64,000 nt of DNA from the human T2T-CHM13v2.0 reference genome, Homo sapiens. The position numbers were made by a program, and so were the translations under genes. This document shows positions 28,293 through 42,594 of the stretch, piece after piece. How positions within the stretch are numbered: position 1 is the first letter of the stretch; each line of letters opens with the position of its first letter. The stretch lies in the NCBI RefSeq assembly GCF_009914755.1, contig NC_060927.1; one strand, given 5' to 3'. The notes beneath the pieces are model-generated. The model was not told the origin of the DNA. It did not search any database and saw only the letters and a list, made by a program, of their open reading frames with translations.

Positions 28293-29429
28293 CATGATCA
28301 TTCTCTTTTTTGCTGCCTTTTGCCATGAATACACTCACGTTATCTCATCTTTCTCATAACCTTCCTCTCTTTTGAAAAAACAAAAAAATTCTGTTAAGAT
28401 ATTGATTTGGACATCATTCACAAGCCGCAGCGGCTTCAGTGACTGACATGTTTGCGATAGGATGTGAATCCTTATCAGCAATCAGCCTGATGAAGGAAAA
28501 AGGCACCAAGACAAATAAATGAAGGGGCCTATGACATTATTAGGAAATGGGGTTTCAAGTGCTGTTCCCAGCAGCTTTGTTATGGGGCCATGTCACATAT
28601 TATGTTTATCATTTGCTACTCTGAAATCACCGACTTGGGCTGATGGCAGTCCTGCCCTCTCAGGCATGGCTCTGAATTACGGGGAAGGTAAACGGATCAG
28701 AGAGAGTAATCAAACCCTGTCTAGTGTAATTACTTGAACTCATTTTATGGGTATCCTTTTTCATATGACCTTGTTTAACTCTCAGTACACAACTTGATGC
28801 TCCCCCTTTAATGACACGTACACCTGAAGAATTCCAGCACAGGGAACTGGAAATCGTGCATTCTGCATGATGCTGTGCCTTCTGCCAGCCTGTGGTACTT
28901 TCTGATCCTGTGTGAATAGATCTCAGAAACAAGAGAAGATGAATTTAGGAAGGCTGAAATTTAGATCGTACACACGTAAATCAAATTTCTAAAAATTAAT
29001 AAACAACTTTCAATGTATTTATTTATTTTTCCCTTGTTCAACCAACCAATTAGCCTTTCTAGGAATTATCTGACACATTCCTTGCCTTGAGTTTCCTTTT
29101 GCAGGGAAAGATCCGTATTTATAAATGAATACTACTGTACAATATGCTTGGATAATTGTTATGATTAAAAAGTCTGCTTCCAAAGCTAGGAGTTGAATCT
29201 GGGGTGATAGGAAAAATTCTCAAGTGATAAGTTCATCCTGGATACCTTTTCACATCTCATTCCTATTCATACTATTCCTTTGGCATTCTTTATTGTATTC
29301 ATGAATATGAATATAATGCTGAATGCAAAATACATGGCCCCTCTTTCTATGGAGTTTATAATCCAAAGACAAAGGCAACAGAATCATGTCTTGTGTTTAT
29401 TAATAATTCCATCAACAACAAAATAGCAA

Positions 29430-29660
29430 TCCTAGTAATAGTGTTGGCTAATATTTCTTAGGCAATTGACATGGGCTGTGGTACTGTTCGAAGCTAATAA
29501 ATATATTTAATGCTCACAGCATTGTGATGTGGGTATTCTTATTATCCTACCTTTTTACACAGGAGAAAACTGAGGAACAAGAACATCATAATGTGCCCAA
29601 GGTCTCAGGGTGGAGGAGCCACTCTGTGAATCTGGGCTGTCTTACATCAGACAGTATTCC
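29430..29660 (-). mobile_element. MIR
   Basis: TTTTACACAGGAGAAAACTGAGG...TGCCCAAGGTCTCA. Confidence 0.7.
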
Positions 29661-30624
29661 ACCTCATCTCTCTTTCTTATTGTTGGCACTGGTGTTCCCC
29701 TTGAACCTGATTCTTCTCCAAGTTCCGTTCTGACAGAAGGGCAAGTGAAGCCAGCAGAAAATCTTCACATGGAGTGAACAAGAGGGGCCCAATGACGACT
29801 TAGGAGTGTTCAGTCGATAAACAGAATAGGAGAGGCAGGGAATAAAGTTGTAATTGGGAGACCCTGAATTTAGATAAAACTCTAAAAACATTCTATCTTT
29901 AAACAATTGATAAGAAGCATACGTAATCTAAATTTTTCTTGATAATTATGGGATACCATCATAAACAATGATTAGTTATCAATGATCATCTTAGTTATTT
30001 AAGGGCAGAAGACCCTTAATAACTTACATTAAACAAGTTGATATCTTGAATCCATTCAAAATATTTTTCTATCACTTCTTTTGATGTGAGGCTCCCTCTT
30101 ATCAGTTTGTCCACCTTGCAGTAGCACTTCCTCTAGCATTCTTGAGCTTCTAAATTTTGGGAAGTTGGTAACTCAACCAGATTTCTAAAATTGTATTTAA
30201 AATGAGATAATCGGCTGTGGATAAGAACCTGTTCTCTGGTGACTTGCATTCTAATTTGGTCATCACTGATAACTGCATGACTGAAGAGACACACAGATTA
30301 TGTATTGCAGAACTCCAGATGGTACAACTGAAGTAGAACAAGATGTGAACAGCTACCATTGGAAGAAACAATGCATCAACTCTGAAACTATTTCAAAACA
30401 ATGATTTGATTTTGCCTGTGAGTGTGTTTCAAGATAGAAAGTTGATGTACTATTAAATATGGTTTATTGTCTTCCACTCCTGGGATGGTAGATTAGATTC
30501 TTTTTACATGCCTACTTTGACACATAGTTAGACTCTTTGTGGAGAGTGAGGTTGACAAGAAATACGAGGAAAGAATATGAAAGAAAAATGGGCAATATTT
30601 GTCATATTTTCTGGATGGGGTAGT

Positions 30625-30958
30625 TGCTACGGTCTGAATGTTTATGTGTCCCTGGAATTCACATATTGCGATCTTAATCCCCAAGGTGATGGTATTAGGG
30701 GGTGGAACCTTTGGAAAGTGATTAGGTCACCAGAGCAGAGCCCTCATGAATGGGAGTAGACCCCTTGTAAAAGAGGCCCCAGAGAGCTGCTTCACCTTTT
30801 CCACCAATGGAGGCACAGTGAAGAGCCTTTGTGTACGATCTTACCAGACACTGAATCTGCTGACAACATGATCTTAGACTTCCCAGTCTCCAGAACTGTT
30901 GTTTATAAGCCACCCAGCTTATGGTATTTTATTACAGCAGCCCAAACAGACTAAAACT
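30625..30958 (+). mobile_element. MLT1A-type solo LTR with 5-bp TSD GTAGT
   Basis: TGCTACGGTCTGAATGTTTATGT...GCAGCCCAAACAGACTAAAAC; GTAGT at 30620 and 30959. Confidence 0.85.
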
Positions 30959-31886
30959 GTAGTTGCGCTGTATCTATATCTATATCTATATCTATATAGA
31001 TATATCTATGGGGTATTTGCTGAACCTATTTTGTATCACCCTTATAAAAAAGATGCCTGGACAAAAGATGTTTCTTTACAGAAAAGGCAAATACTGCATG
31101 CTCTGCCCTGCTTCTGTGTCATGGATATCAGGGTAGATGAAAATAATCTTTTCTCAAGGTGTTTGAGGACTTGGAAAATTCCAAAAATGGTCTCTTTCTG
31201 CCCTTTCTTAGCACTGGAGCTGAGTATACTTACAGTTCCTTGGTTACTTAGGTATGTGAGTCCCTGTGAAAGTGAAATTTAGCCTCATGTTGGTAAGCGA
31301 CAGCTTCATCGATAACTAGGATCAATGAGCATTACAATTATTTTGTTTCTAGGTTTTTTAAAACTAAATGCATGTAAAAAGTTGTTTCATCATTGCATCG
31401 TCCCAAGGAGCTATGAAAACATAATGAAAGCATTACAATAACTAAAATTTTCCTAAGAAATCTCATATTACAAGTCCTATGAAAAGCCAAATAGCAATAC
31501 CTGAAGAACTGAAAAGCAATGAAGGAATAGATTTGAATCCTGTTCTTCCTGCTGGAGTATTAATAAAAGGAAATAAAGATCAGCTTGATAATGTGACTTA
31601 AACTGTTTCCATCTTATATTACTTCTTTTTACTGACTAAAATAGCCCATTTGCTTGAGGATCCAAAAGGCTTAAAATATGCTGACTTAATGCCTATGCTG
31701 AGCGACTGTGGGTGTAATTGCGACATTTCTCCAGATCTTTGGCATTTTGTCCATTTATATATCATCACCATGGCTACTGTGATAACATTTAAAATAATTC
31801 CAATGTAAATCTGACAGCACCTCATTAGATTTTCTTAGAATCGTGTAATTAGGTAAGAAAAGACCGCTGATTGAGCAGGTTAGAAC

Positions 31887-32283
31887 AGCCTGAGACAGGA
31901 TTACATTTCACCACTAACAATCACAACATTCCTTCTTAAAAACCCTCCCTAATTTAGCCGATGCTCCTGTCAGCTGAGAATCAGGAGACCATGGTTTTAA
32001 AACTTAAGGCTTCAGTGGAGAAAACATTGAGATACCATTTCCTGCCTTTGAGGTATGGGTAACTAGAAAGAATTGTCACTGCTTTCCTTTTTCCCCAGCC
32101 AAGGGACTTGGAGATGCTTTGACGCTGGCTTCAGAAAAGCTTAGAATCCTATAAAGGTTAAGTCCCTGGATCTTAACACTGTCTCCTGATTGCTGGCTGA
32201 CAGGAGCATCTGCTAAATTAGAGAAGGCTTTTGAGAAAGAAAGTTGTGATTGTTAATCGTGAAATGTAATCCTGTCTCAGGCT
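31887..32283. repeat. Long inverted repeat: 103-bp arms (31887-31989 / 32181-32283), core of a larger palindrome
   Basis: Manual alignment 90/103 complementary with no gaps. Confidence 0.95.
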
Positions 32284-33189
32284 CAGATAATCTTAAAACT
32301 GTAATTTACCATCTTTATTTTTCTTAACAAATTGAATCTAATTAAGAAGATAAAAATGCCATTAAATCAAGGTTCTCTCAGGACAGAAAGCCATCTACCA
32401 ACAGAAATGGGACAAACCTGATTCATTTTCTTAATAATCTTTAAATCTACGGCATGTTCTTGGGCCCAGAGGTGGAGTTAAGTTAAGCACAATTTTTAAA
32501 CAAATGCATTCTGTATTCTGAAGAGGTGAGCTGCAGGAAAGCTATTTAAGCTGCCACCATGGCTGCATTGTTTGCAAAAAGGCACCATAAATGCTCAGTT
32601 TGATGATCTTTGGGGTTTTAACTGGGGGAGAATGTTTACACTCTTGAAATCTTCTATAATGAGGAAGAATTTAGACTAATTGGCAAATGTAATAGAGGAG
32701 CTGATGGGTTCATACAAATAAATCAACTCTATTATCTGACACAGATTTCACAACTGTGGCCTTTCTTAAGAGAGCTCTATTAGACTTTATGGCAGAGCAA
32801 AAAAAAATGCAGACAAAATCAATTCGTTATTGTTCTCAAAAGTGTTGCTCTCCACCGTGGAATTGACTTAAAAAATTTGTGCTTCGAATCAAATTATCCA
32901 GCCTGGGAGGGGAATCTATATAGATGCACCTACCATACCAAAAGAACAAGTAGAAGAGAGTCATCCAGAACCACACTGCATGCCTGCATGGTATTCGTTA
33001 TGACTTGGTGCTTTGTATGAAATCGATGTTAAAATAGAATGGATTTCTCACTGATGCCAGTATGTTATTTGCTCTGCTTTTTCTCAAAATGGTGCATTCC
33101 TGATTATTCATGAATCAAATTTAGAGAAATAAAGGATGACCCTTTCAGCCCTTTACAACCCTGCCTGACTTGACATCAGTTGTAATCAA

Positions 33190-33960
33190 GGGGGTGGAGG
33201 GTGTGCAATTTGATTTATGAAGACAAATTTGATTGTCACAATGGGGCGTCAGGTAGGAGTAGGGACTGTAAATGAGTCCAAAGCTGGTACTGCTCTGCCC
33301 ATGGCAGCCAGTACATCAAGAGACAAGGTGCTGGTGCAAGGAAAGTGACTTTATTTTGGAAAGCGAGCAAACCGAGAAGATGGCGTACTAGTGTCCTAAA
33401 GAACCATCTTAAATAAATAGAATTTTAGGCTCCTTTGATATTAGGGGAAGGGAGAAGAGGGAGAGGGTTGAGATCCAGAGGTGAGTGATGAGCACAGACA
33501 TCTGGGTAGCAGCAAGGGTCAGAGTGGGTGGTGGGGAAGGTGAAGCTTCTTTGGCCTTGGTCAGGGCACAATACTCCTATAATCTTCAACATAACACTGT
33601 TACTTGTGTGTACATTCTTCTTATTTCCTGCAGGGTTAGTTGTCGGAAAGGGACTATTATCAATCTTTGCTTTAAAGTTAAACTATAAACTAAATTCCTC
33701 CCATAGTTAGCTCAACCTACATGCAGAGATAAGCAAAAGCAGTTAACCTAAAAGATATCATTGTGTGTATTTCAAGGGGGATGCATTAAGAGGAAAATGG
33801 AGCTAGTCATGCTAGGCCTCCTTTTCACTGCTGGAGGCTGGGGTGCTACTGGAATCTAGTAGGTGGAGGCCAGGGATGCTGCTATACATCCTGTAATGCA
33901 CAGGATGATCCAAAATGTAGAGCCTAAAATACCAATAGTGGCAAGGTTGAAAAACTGCTT
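33190..33960. mobile_element. MER20 split by an LTR insertion
   Basis: GACAAATTTGATTGTCACAATGGGG to the left; GCTACTGGAATCTAGTAGGTGGAGGCCAGGGATGCTGCT to the right. Confidence 0.65.
33267..33827 (-). mobile_element. ERV1-class (MER4-group) solo LTR
   Basis: TG...CA termini; TAAAGTTAAACTATAAACTAAATTCCTCCCATAGTTAG. Confidence 0.65.
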
Positions 33961-35423
33961 TAAATAGATGTACTGATTTTTTTTTTTCTGAACCAAGTAA
34001 ATAACTGTTTTTAAAACTCATTCATTGCCTAGCCTTCCAAATTTGGTTCCTTATACTCTTCATGAAAGAGAAGATTCTAAGGAAGCTACAATTTATAAAT
34101 AACTGTAATTCTTTTGAAAGCGGTTGACACCTTTTGTTCCAGAAACATAAAAGTTGATCCAATGGGAGCGTCTGAAATCACAGAGGAGGATCTCTTCACT
34201 GTAGTGTTTAGAACACATGCCCAAAGGTGGCCCTTCTAATCTGGAATCCCAGGAAGCACCCAGCAATCTAGAGAAGAATGCTTTTTAGAAAGGGCCATTT
34301 GTGCCTTGTTCAACTTTCCTGCCATCCCAAATAAAGACGTGAGCAATGCCAATTCTAGGCCAAAAGTTGAATCAGGTGAAAAGTTCTGATAATGACCCAA
34401 GATGGGCCCCTAAATGGCTTTAAAATGCCACCAGTGATGAGAGGAACATGGAAAAACAAATCAGAAAGGGTCCTTGTTTTTAGACCAAATTAAAACGTTG
34501 CTGAAAAAGCACACTGGAGCTGTCTGCACATCATTCCTTCTCCAAGACAGAGATGTATCTGATTTAAACCAAAAGCACTGAGGGAAATTGATGGTATACA
34601 TTTCATGACAAACATGAAGTCAGAACAAATTTATTTTTTACATAGCAAGTTCTGTACTGGTGATTAAATATGTCTGCTACCACAGGTCACACCATTCAAA
34701 TTAACACAAATAAGAAAGTATTAAATTATTTTAATAGCAAGGCAAAAGCTTTTCTGGAAACAGGCACTTGGATCATATATCCACCTATCCCACCTAACTC
34801 TGTGACAAAATGGTTTGAAGTCCACAGGAATTATTGCCCCATAGAGAGAAAGCTTATGAAGTAGGTATTTTAAATTCAAGACTGCAATTAACTTAGCTCA
34901 AGTTAATGTTTCAGGATTTATACCAACACAGGTTTTTGGAAAAAGCAGAGATCAGACCACAGACTGCATTTATTACTCTGCTATATGGGGCCAGTTATCC
35001 TGAAAAGACAAAGCATTCCTCTTCAGGTGGTAATCAAAAGGGGATGAATAGAATGGAACACATTGAATTTAGAGAGATAATTAGATGACATATTGGAAAA
35101 TTGTAAATTCTGCAAAAGATCAAGTGACTTTGGAGCTAAAAACGTAGCAGACAGTTTCTGCCTACTATTAAAAAAGTAAATGGAAAGCCACAGCTTAGAG
35201 ACTGGCAAAAATTTCAAAACTCTGCTCTCCATGAGATGTTTGATTGCTTTCTCAATTTACTTATTCTACTTGTTTCTCTTGTCACAGCTCCTACAAGCGA
35301 TGACCTATCTCCTGGCAAATGGCTGTTATCTTATTGGAAAAGTTTTGCTTGATTAGAAGAATCAGGTCCTTGAAGATGCATGCAGTCGTATGTGCATTCC
35401 AATTTGCCATTCTTTTTAACATT

Positions 35424-36082
35424 TTAGGGGCCAAGGGAAAGTTTATCCTCTACCCAGTAAAGGTTTGCTGAAAATGAACTTACTTTAAGCTGATTGAAGA
35501 AAAAGGCATACAAATTTAACATACATATGGACACAGGAGCCATACATAAAGTGTGAGACTCAAAGAAGGGCCAGATGGTTGAAGCTTAAATACTCTCTTT
35601 ATAGGGAGAAATGTATGGATCTAGGAAGCAAACATTATTTTGTAAATAATTCTCTTTGAAAACTGGGTAGGGCTTCAGAGGGAAGGTGAGGGGCAGAACT
35701 GCACAGGAACAGAGGTTGACTTATTATGCAGATAAGAGTCCCCTAGGTAATATCTCTCAATTGCTCTCAGAACTGATGAAAAATCTATCTGGGGATGGTG
35801 ATGACTCCCAGTCTCCTCTTCTCCAGTGGTTAATCTTTCCTGGTTATTTGGTGAGATTTCTAGGGAGGGGATCTTAAGACAATTGCTTTTTTTGTTTGTT
35901 TTTTGGAAAGAAGTTGTCTTAGTCAGATAGGAAAATTCTGGAAAGTCTCTCCAGATGCTTCAGGAAAGAGGATCAGAGAGACCAAGAGCTGAAGAAAGGT
36001 CATAGGGAGACCTTGAGGCTGCTTCTTTAGCTCTGCATGTCAAAGTACCATATTTGGGGATATCTTTTTCTGATCTCCAACA
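35424..36082 (-). mobile_element. ERV1 LTR, MER39/MER34-like
   Basis: Minus strand begins TGTTGGAGATCAGAAAAAGATATCCCCAAATATGGTACTTTGACATGC. Confidence 0.7.
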
Positions 36083-36621
36083 ACACAGTGTGGATAACAC
36101 CTGTTTTTGTTACTCATTTATCTGACAGTTTCTACACCTGAAAGGCAGGTTCCAGCCTTTACATAAAGATGACAAAAGGAGGGATTTTAAAAAGGAGGGC
36201 AAGGAGGTTTTAAAAAGTTCTTGTAGGAACTCTGACCATCACTAAAACCAAGGCTTAGTCTTTGTTTCTCCATAGTATGTCAGAAATATAGAGGAGGCTT
36301 GGAAGCCAAATGCACATCAGATAGCTTATATTTGTGCTGTGCAGTAGTTGTTACTCATTTTCAATTGATTTCATTATTGTACGGGGGAAATGTGAAATAC
36401 TTAGAAATTGACCAAAAGCATTACTGGATTTTTTTCTAACGGAAAATTAGGGATTGCCTGGGCTATTTGACTCTACAGGGTTTCAGTGCTTTTTGTCATC
36501 TTTGAGCTACTTTGCAACTCTGTATGCTGTGCAATATAATAATAACACAAACGATTCCTGTCCATAAAAATGCAAATCGTATCCAATGGAGATACAGTTA
36601 TTAATGCTCTATGAATACTGA

Positions 36622-36940
<319 letters not shown>

Positions 36941-37479
36941 GAGCACATTTATTTCAGCGATCCTGTTTGCAGATATATATATATACATACACACATTTAT
37001 CTATATGTTGTTATTTGGAATCTCCTATAAGCTAGTTATCACATCTTACTGCTTTCCTCATTAATTAAAATATTTGATGTGTACTCATTTTATGTTTATT
37101 TACATGTACTCATTTTATGTTTGTATGAGATTCATAGTTATACACTCTTTTAACAATTATACTTTAACATAACCAATGTTTTAAGATTGAAAGATAATAC
37201 CTCAATATTAACATTTTTTTCTTGAAAAAATAGAAGTTCTGGCAATTGCAGGCTGGCATGTTCTAAAGGGATCAGAGTTCTAGCTGAGCAGTGGGTGCTT
37301 ATTTTGAGGGAGTGTGCACTCATCTGTTTTCAATAGTCCCCATTGGCGTTTGAGTTGCAAACCTGTCTTTTTACACATAGTCAAGATGTTGCCCTGTTAA
37401 AAATTGTATTTACGTTTAAAGTACTCAGAATTTACGTGGCCCACACTTGTCAATTCATGACACAATGATCACTCTGCCT

Positions 37480-38150
37480 TCCCTTTTGTTTTATTTAATG
37501 TTTGCCTGTTTCTCCACTTCCAACTTCCTCTCCTTAATATAGGTATCCTCTCTAGTGCATTTTTAAAAAGTCCTTCCAATCCATATTTTACAGATGTATG
37601 TAGATCTATGGCTCCTTGGAAACATTTATTTAGATGTATGGATTCTTGAAAATGTATACTGTTTTCTGCATATTAAGTTATGTGAATAGTAATGAAAACA
37701 GTAAGAAACAAATCTCTTTTTTTGTACACAATATTGTTTTTACAATCAATGTGGTCATGCTTAAAATTCATTACTTATGACAGTTGAAGACCATTCTATT
37801 CTTGCGCAGAATATATTTCTTCATCCTTTCTCCTAATAGCAAAACTAAAGTTGCCTCCAATTCTCTGCTACCACAGAGTGCAGCAATGGACATCCTAGCA
37901 TATATTTCCTGTGGATCTAGGAGCTAGACATGAATTTCTATGTCTAACAGCATTCACAGGCTTGATCAGACTTAGCACTGCCAGATGGATCTCCACTAAA
38001 TGGAGACTATTCTCCCACCAGCTCTGCGTGACAGTTCCAGATCCCTCAGTACTTCTCAATATTACACTACTTTTAAATTCTTGCCAAATTTATAGATCGT
38101 GCAATGGTATATTTTTCTGTTTTAATTTGCATTTTCTTCTTATGATTTAT
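37480..38150 (-). mobile_element. Degraded L1ME-type fragment
   Basis: GCAGCAATGGACATCCT; TTCTCCCACCAGC; TTTTAATTTGCATTTTC. Confidence 0.5.
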
Positions 38151-38427
38151 TTTCTTCTTGAAGGTGCCATTGATGTTAAGGGAATAGCGGCCACAGAAGA
38201 AGATAACTAATCAATGAAGGAATCTAAAATCCTCCTCTTCAACTCCACAAGGAAAGAAATAAAGAATCAGTTCACCCTTGTTAGGATCAGATCCAAAAGA
38301 TATGGGCTATTTATTTCTCTTATTAAAAAACAAAAAACCCTATCCATACTCTAAAAAGGCAAGCAAATTTGTCAAATATTTAAGTAAGCTTTCTACTACT
38401 AGGAACTAATATTTAGATGTGGTTCTA

Positions 38428-38662
38428 TTTTTCTTTTTTTTCAAGAGACAGGTTCTTGCTCTGTCACTCAAGTTGGAGAACAGTGGGGTGATCATAGCTC
38501 ACTATAGCCTTGAACCCCAGGGCTCAAGCAATCCTCCTACCTCAGCTTCCCAAGTAGCTAGGACTACAGGTGCTCACCATTTTTCATTTAAAAATTAAAG
38601 TTTAAGGTTTTTGGTTTTATTTTATTTCTACAGACAGGGTCTTACTGCGTTACCCAGGCTGG
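38428..38662 (-). mobile_element. Partial AluJ
   Basis: GATCATAGCTCACTATAGCC...GGCTCAAGCAATCCTCC; left arm cut short at CCCAGGCTGG. Confidence 0.85.
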
Positions 38663-38727
38663 GGGTTCTATTTTTCATATGTTGTATATTCTTATATAGG
38701 CTACCATTTATTTATGCCCATTTTATG

Positions 38728-38920
38728 CAGGGCTTACTTCTCCATTAGACACAGTAGGAACAGTGCTGAGGGCCCACAATACTTTTATAGGGGCTCATAA
38801 AAACATTTTAATTTCTTATGAAATTAAAAGAAAAACTTTAATGTCAAGGAAAACTTTTAAAATATGACTTTTATTTTTTTATGAAGGAAGGGGCCCATGA
38901 AGGCAAATATGGCTAGAGCC
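38728..38920. mobile_element. hAT-Tip100-like DNA transposon fossil
   Basis: CATTAGACACAGTAGGAACAGTGCTGAGGGCCCACAATACTTTT. Confidence 0.45.
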
Positions 38921-39254
38921 ACATTTAATATAACATAATATAATCATATTATATTATTGGTCAGAATATAGCTGTGATTTTACAGGGCTATGCCATACTA
39001 TTAACTGGGGTGACTACAGAGATACATCGCTTTATGTATTTACTTTTATGAGATCATGTTTATGATCAGAAAGGCAGATCAGAGTTATATAATCATTTTG
39101 ATGGAAACAAGATCTCATCTAGAACCATAAGTCATAAACTTTTTCCAGGAATGTTTTGCAATGAAACATAGAATCTGATTTTCTTGAAGAATTGTTGATT
39201 TTGGAAGTAGCCATACCAGAAGGCCAGGGAAGTGACTCTTTAATGGATACAGGA

Positions 39255-39400
39255 TTATTTTTTGTAAATGTTTGATTTTAATTTTGGGAGGTACTAGTAG
39301 GTATGTATGCTTATGAGGTACATGAGATGTTGTGATATAGGCATGCAATGCACGATAATCACATCATATAAAATGGGAGGCCCATCCCCTCAAGCATTTA
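39255..39400 (-). mobile_element. L1MA 3' terminal fragment
   Basis: GGTACATGAGATGTTGTGATATAGGCATGCAATG...CCATCCCCTCAAGCATTTA. Confidence 0.75.
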
Positions 39401-39713
39401 GGATGGATAGAAGATTTTTTGACCCTATTATTCCAGCATTAGTTAATGTGTCTTACATGATTTCACAGTACAGATACTGTCCTGAACGTGCTGAAAAACC
39501 CCATGTTTGCACTTTGCAACTTTGAAGAGAATACACAGATAATCCTGTCTTTTGCTTTTTCTTCTTGGGCTATTACTACAAAAATAAATAATAAAATATA
39601 ACAGCTCTTTGCAACTTAATGTGAAAATAAGGTCCTTACAAAACCTAGACAGCATACATGTGTTGCCAAGATGAAGTATTCAGTGGTCGCTCTGAGTAAT
39701 ACTATATCCATTC

Positions 39714-39804
39714 TAATTGCTATCTTGGGGCACAGATGAGGATGAGAGAGAATGTTACCACTCGCTCTTTGCCTTTTTCTTCTTCATTTCTACTCTGCTC
39801 TTTC
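39714..39804 (+). repeat. Probable donor arm of a 91-bp inverted duplication (partner 41014-41104)
   Basis: 85/91 complementary, no gaps. Confidence 0.95.
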
Positions 39805-40390
39805 ACTCACTCTACACAATGCTCAAACCTCTTCCACCCCAAATAAAACCCAGCTTGGATCCTGCATCCTCATCTAATCCTGGTTCTTTTCTATGCTTTC
39901 CCTTCTTAGATAAACCTCTTAGAAGAATGGTCTGCTTTCATTGTTTTCCACTTCCCCACTGTCTGTCCTCTACTTCTTGTGTAACTTCTATCTGTGTTTT
40001 ATCACTTTATTGACATTATGCAAAGTATGGTAAATAATTTAAGGATTCCTGAACTTGCAGACATTTAGATTATTTCCTATCTTTGGCCATATAAAAATAA
40101 TGCTGCTATGAAGATGTTTGTAGATTCTCTCTGTCCATATACGGGGCTATGTTTCTGAGATGAATTCCTAGAAATTGGAATTAATGAGTCAAACAAAAAA
40201 CAAAAATTATAGTAGATACTGTCAAAGTATCTTCCAAAAGGCCTGAAACAATTTATATCCCTCTAAAGAATTTATCTTTAAATTGGTATCAAACTATTCT
40301 TTTCTTTTGGAAATTTCATATCACACTGATGAGCATAATTTGGGGAGATGCTTAAAATGTTGATAGCTGGATCCTACTCTAGACCAGAAC

Positions 40391-41830
<1,440 letters not shown>

Positions 41831-42255
41831 TGTTTGTATTTCATGATCACATATTTGTGCTTCCAGTTTTCCTTCCTCCAACAAATGCTAACAAAGTGAC
41901 AACTATACATGGGCATCATAATAAGCATTGGGAACTCAGTGGAGGCTATAATGGAATGGCCCTTGCCCTTACTGAAACTTCATAGGACTTCCTGTGTTAC
42001 CATAAAATGTGGCTTTATATCTGCCTCCTTAAAGATGTTGAAGCTTCTTAAAGTTGCTATTGATGTTTATTAATCATGTTTGTATCTTCATTCTTTGGAA
42101 TAGACTCTGAATATTATGGACAAAAGCATACAGTATTCACCCTAATGAGATGGCCATAACTATTGCAAATTTTCTAAAATTTTTATTGGTGCTTGAGGTG
42201 AGTCTTAAGATCTGTTAGAAAATTATTTCAATTTGAGGTTGGCATAAATTGTTTT

Positions 42256-42594
42256 TGTGGAGTCCTGTTAAGTAAGCAACAATGAGGAAGGGGCCCCACG
42301 TTGGGGGAAAAAATCGTTCTGAGAGGTAGGTCATCACAAACAACCCACTACCTCATTCTGCATATAGTCCCAGCAGCAGGACCTCATTACACTGGTAGTC
42401 CGCTCCAGCACAACCCTATAAAACTTCCCTCAAGCCCCTGCCTCTTGGCAGACAGCCCCTTCTCTGCTGTCCCGTCTGTTGCGCCCTTGCAATGTATCTT
42501 TGTATTTTCTCTAATAAATGTGCCTTTCTTTACCTTTCTTAGTAAATTCCTTTACTGCATGCGACTCTGGCCCCAGCCAGTCACAACTGTGGCA
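42256..42594 (+). mobile_element. ERVL solo LTR, LTR47-like
   Basis: TGTGGAGTCCTGTTAAGTAAGCAACAATGAGGAAGGG; TATAAAA; AATAAA; ends CA. Confidence 0.7.

Noticed and set aside
28485-28500. TGATGA as a snoRNA C box
   Set aside because: No convincing D box and terminal stem identified
30968-31010. (TATATC)n with an internal inversion
   Set aside because: Self-complementarity is trivial for low-complexity AT repeats
37080-37122. 18-bp AT-rich duplication, period 25
   Set aside because: Short and low complexity; ordinary slippage
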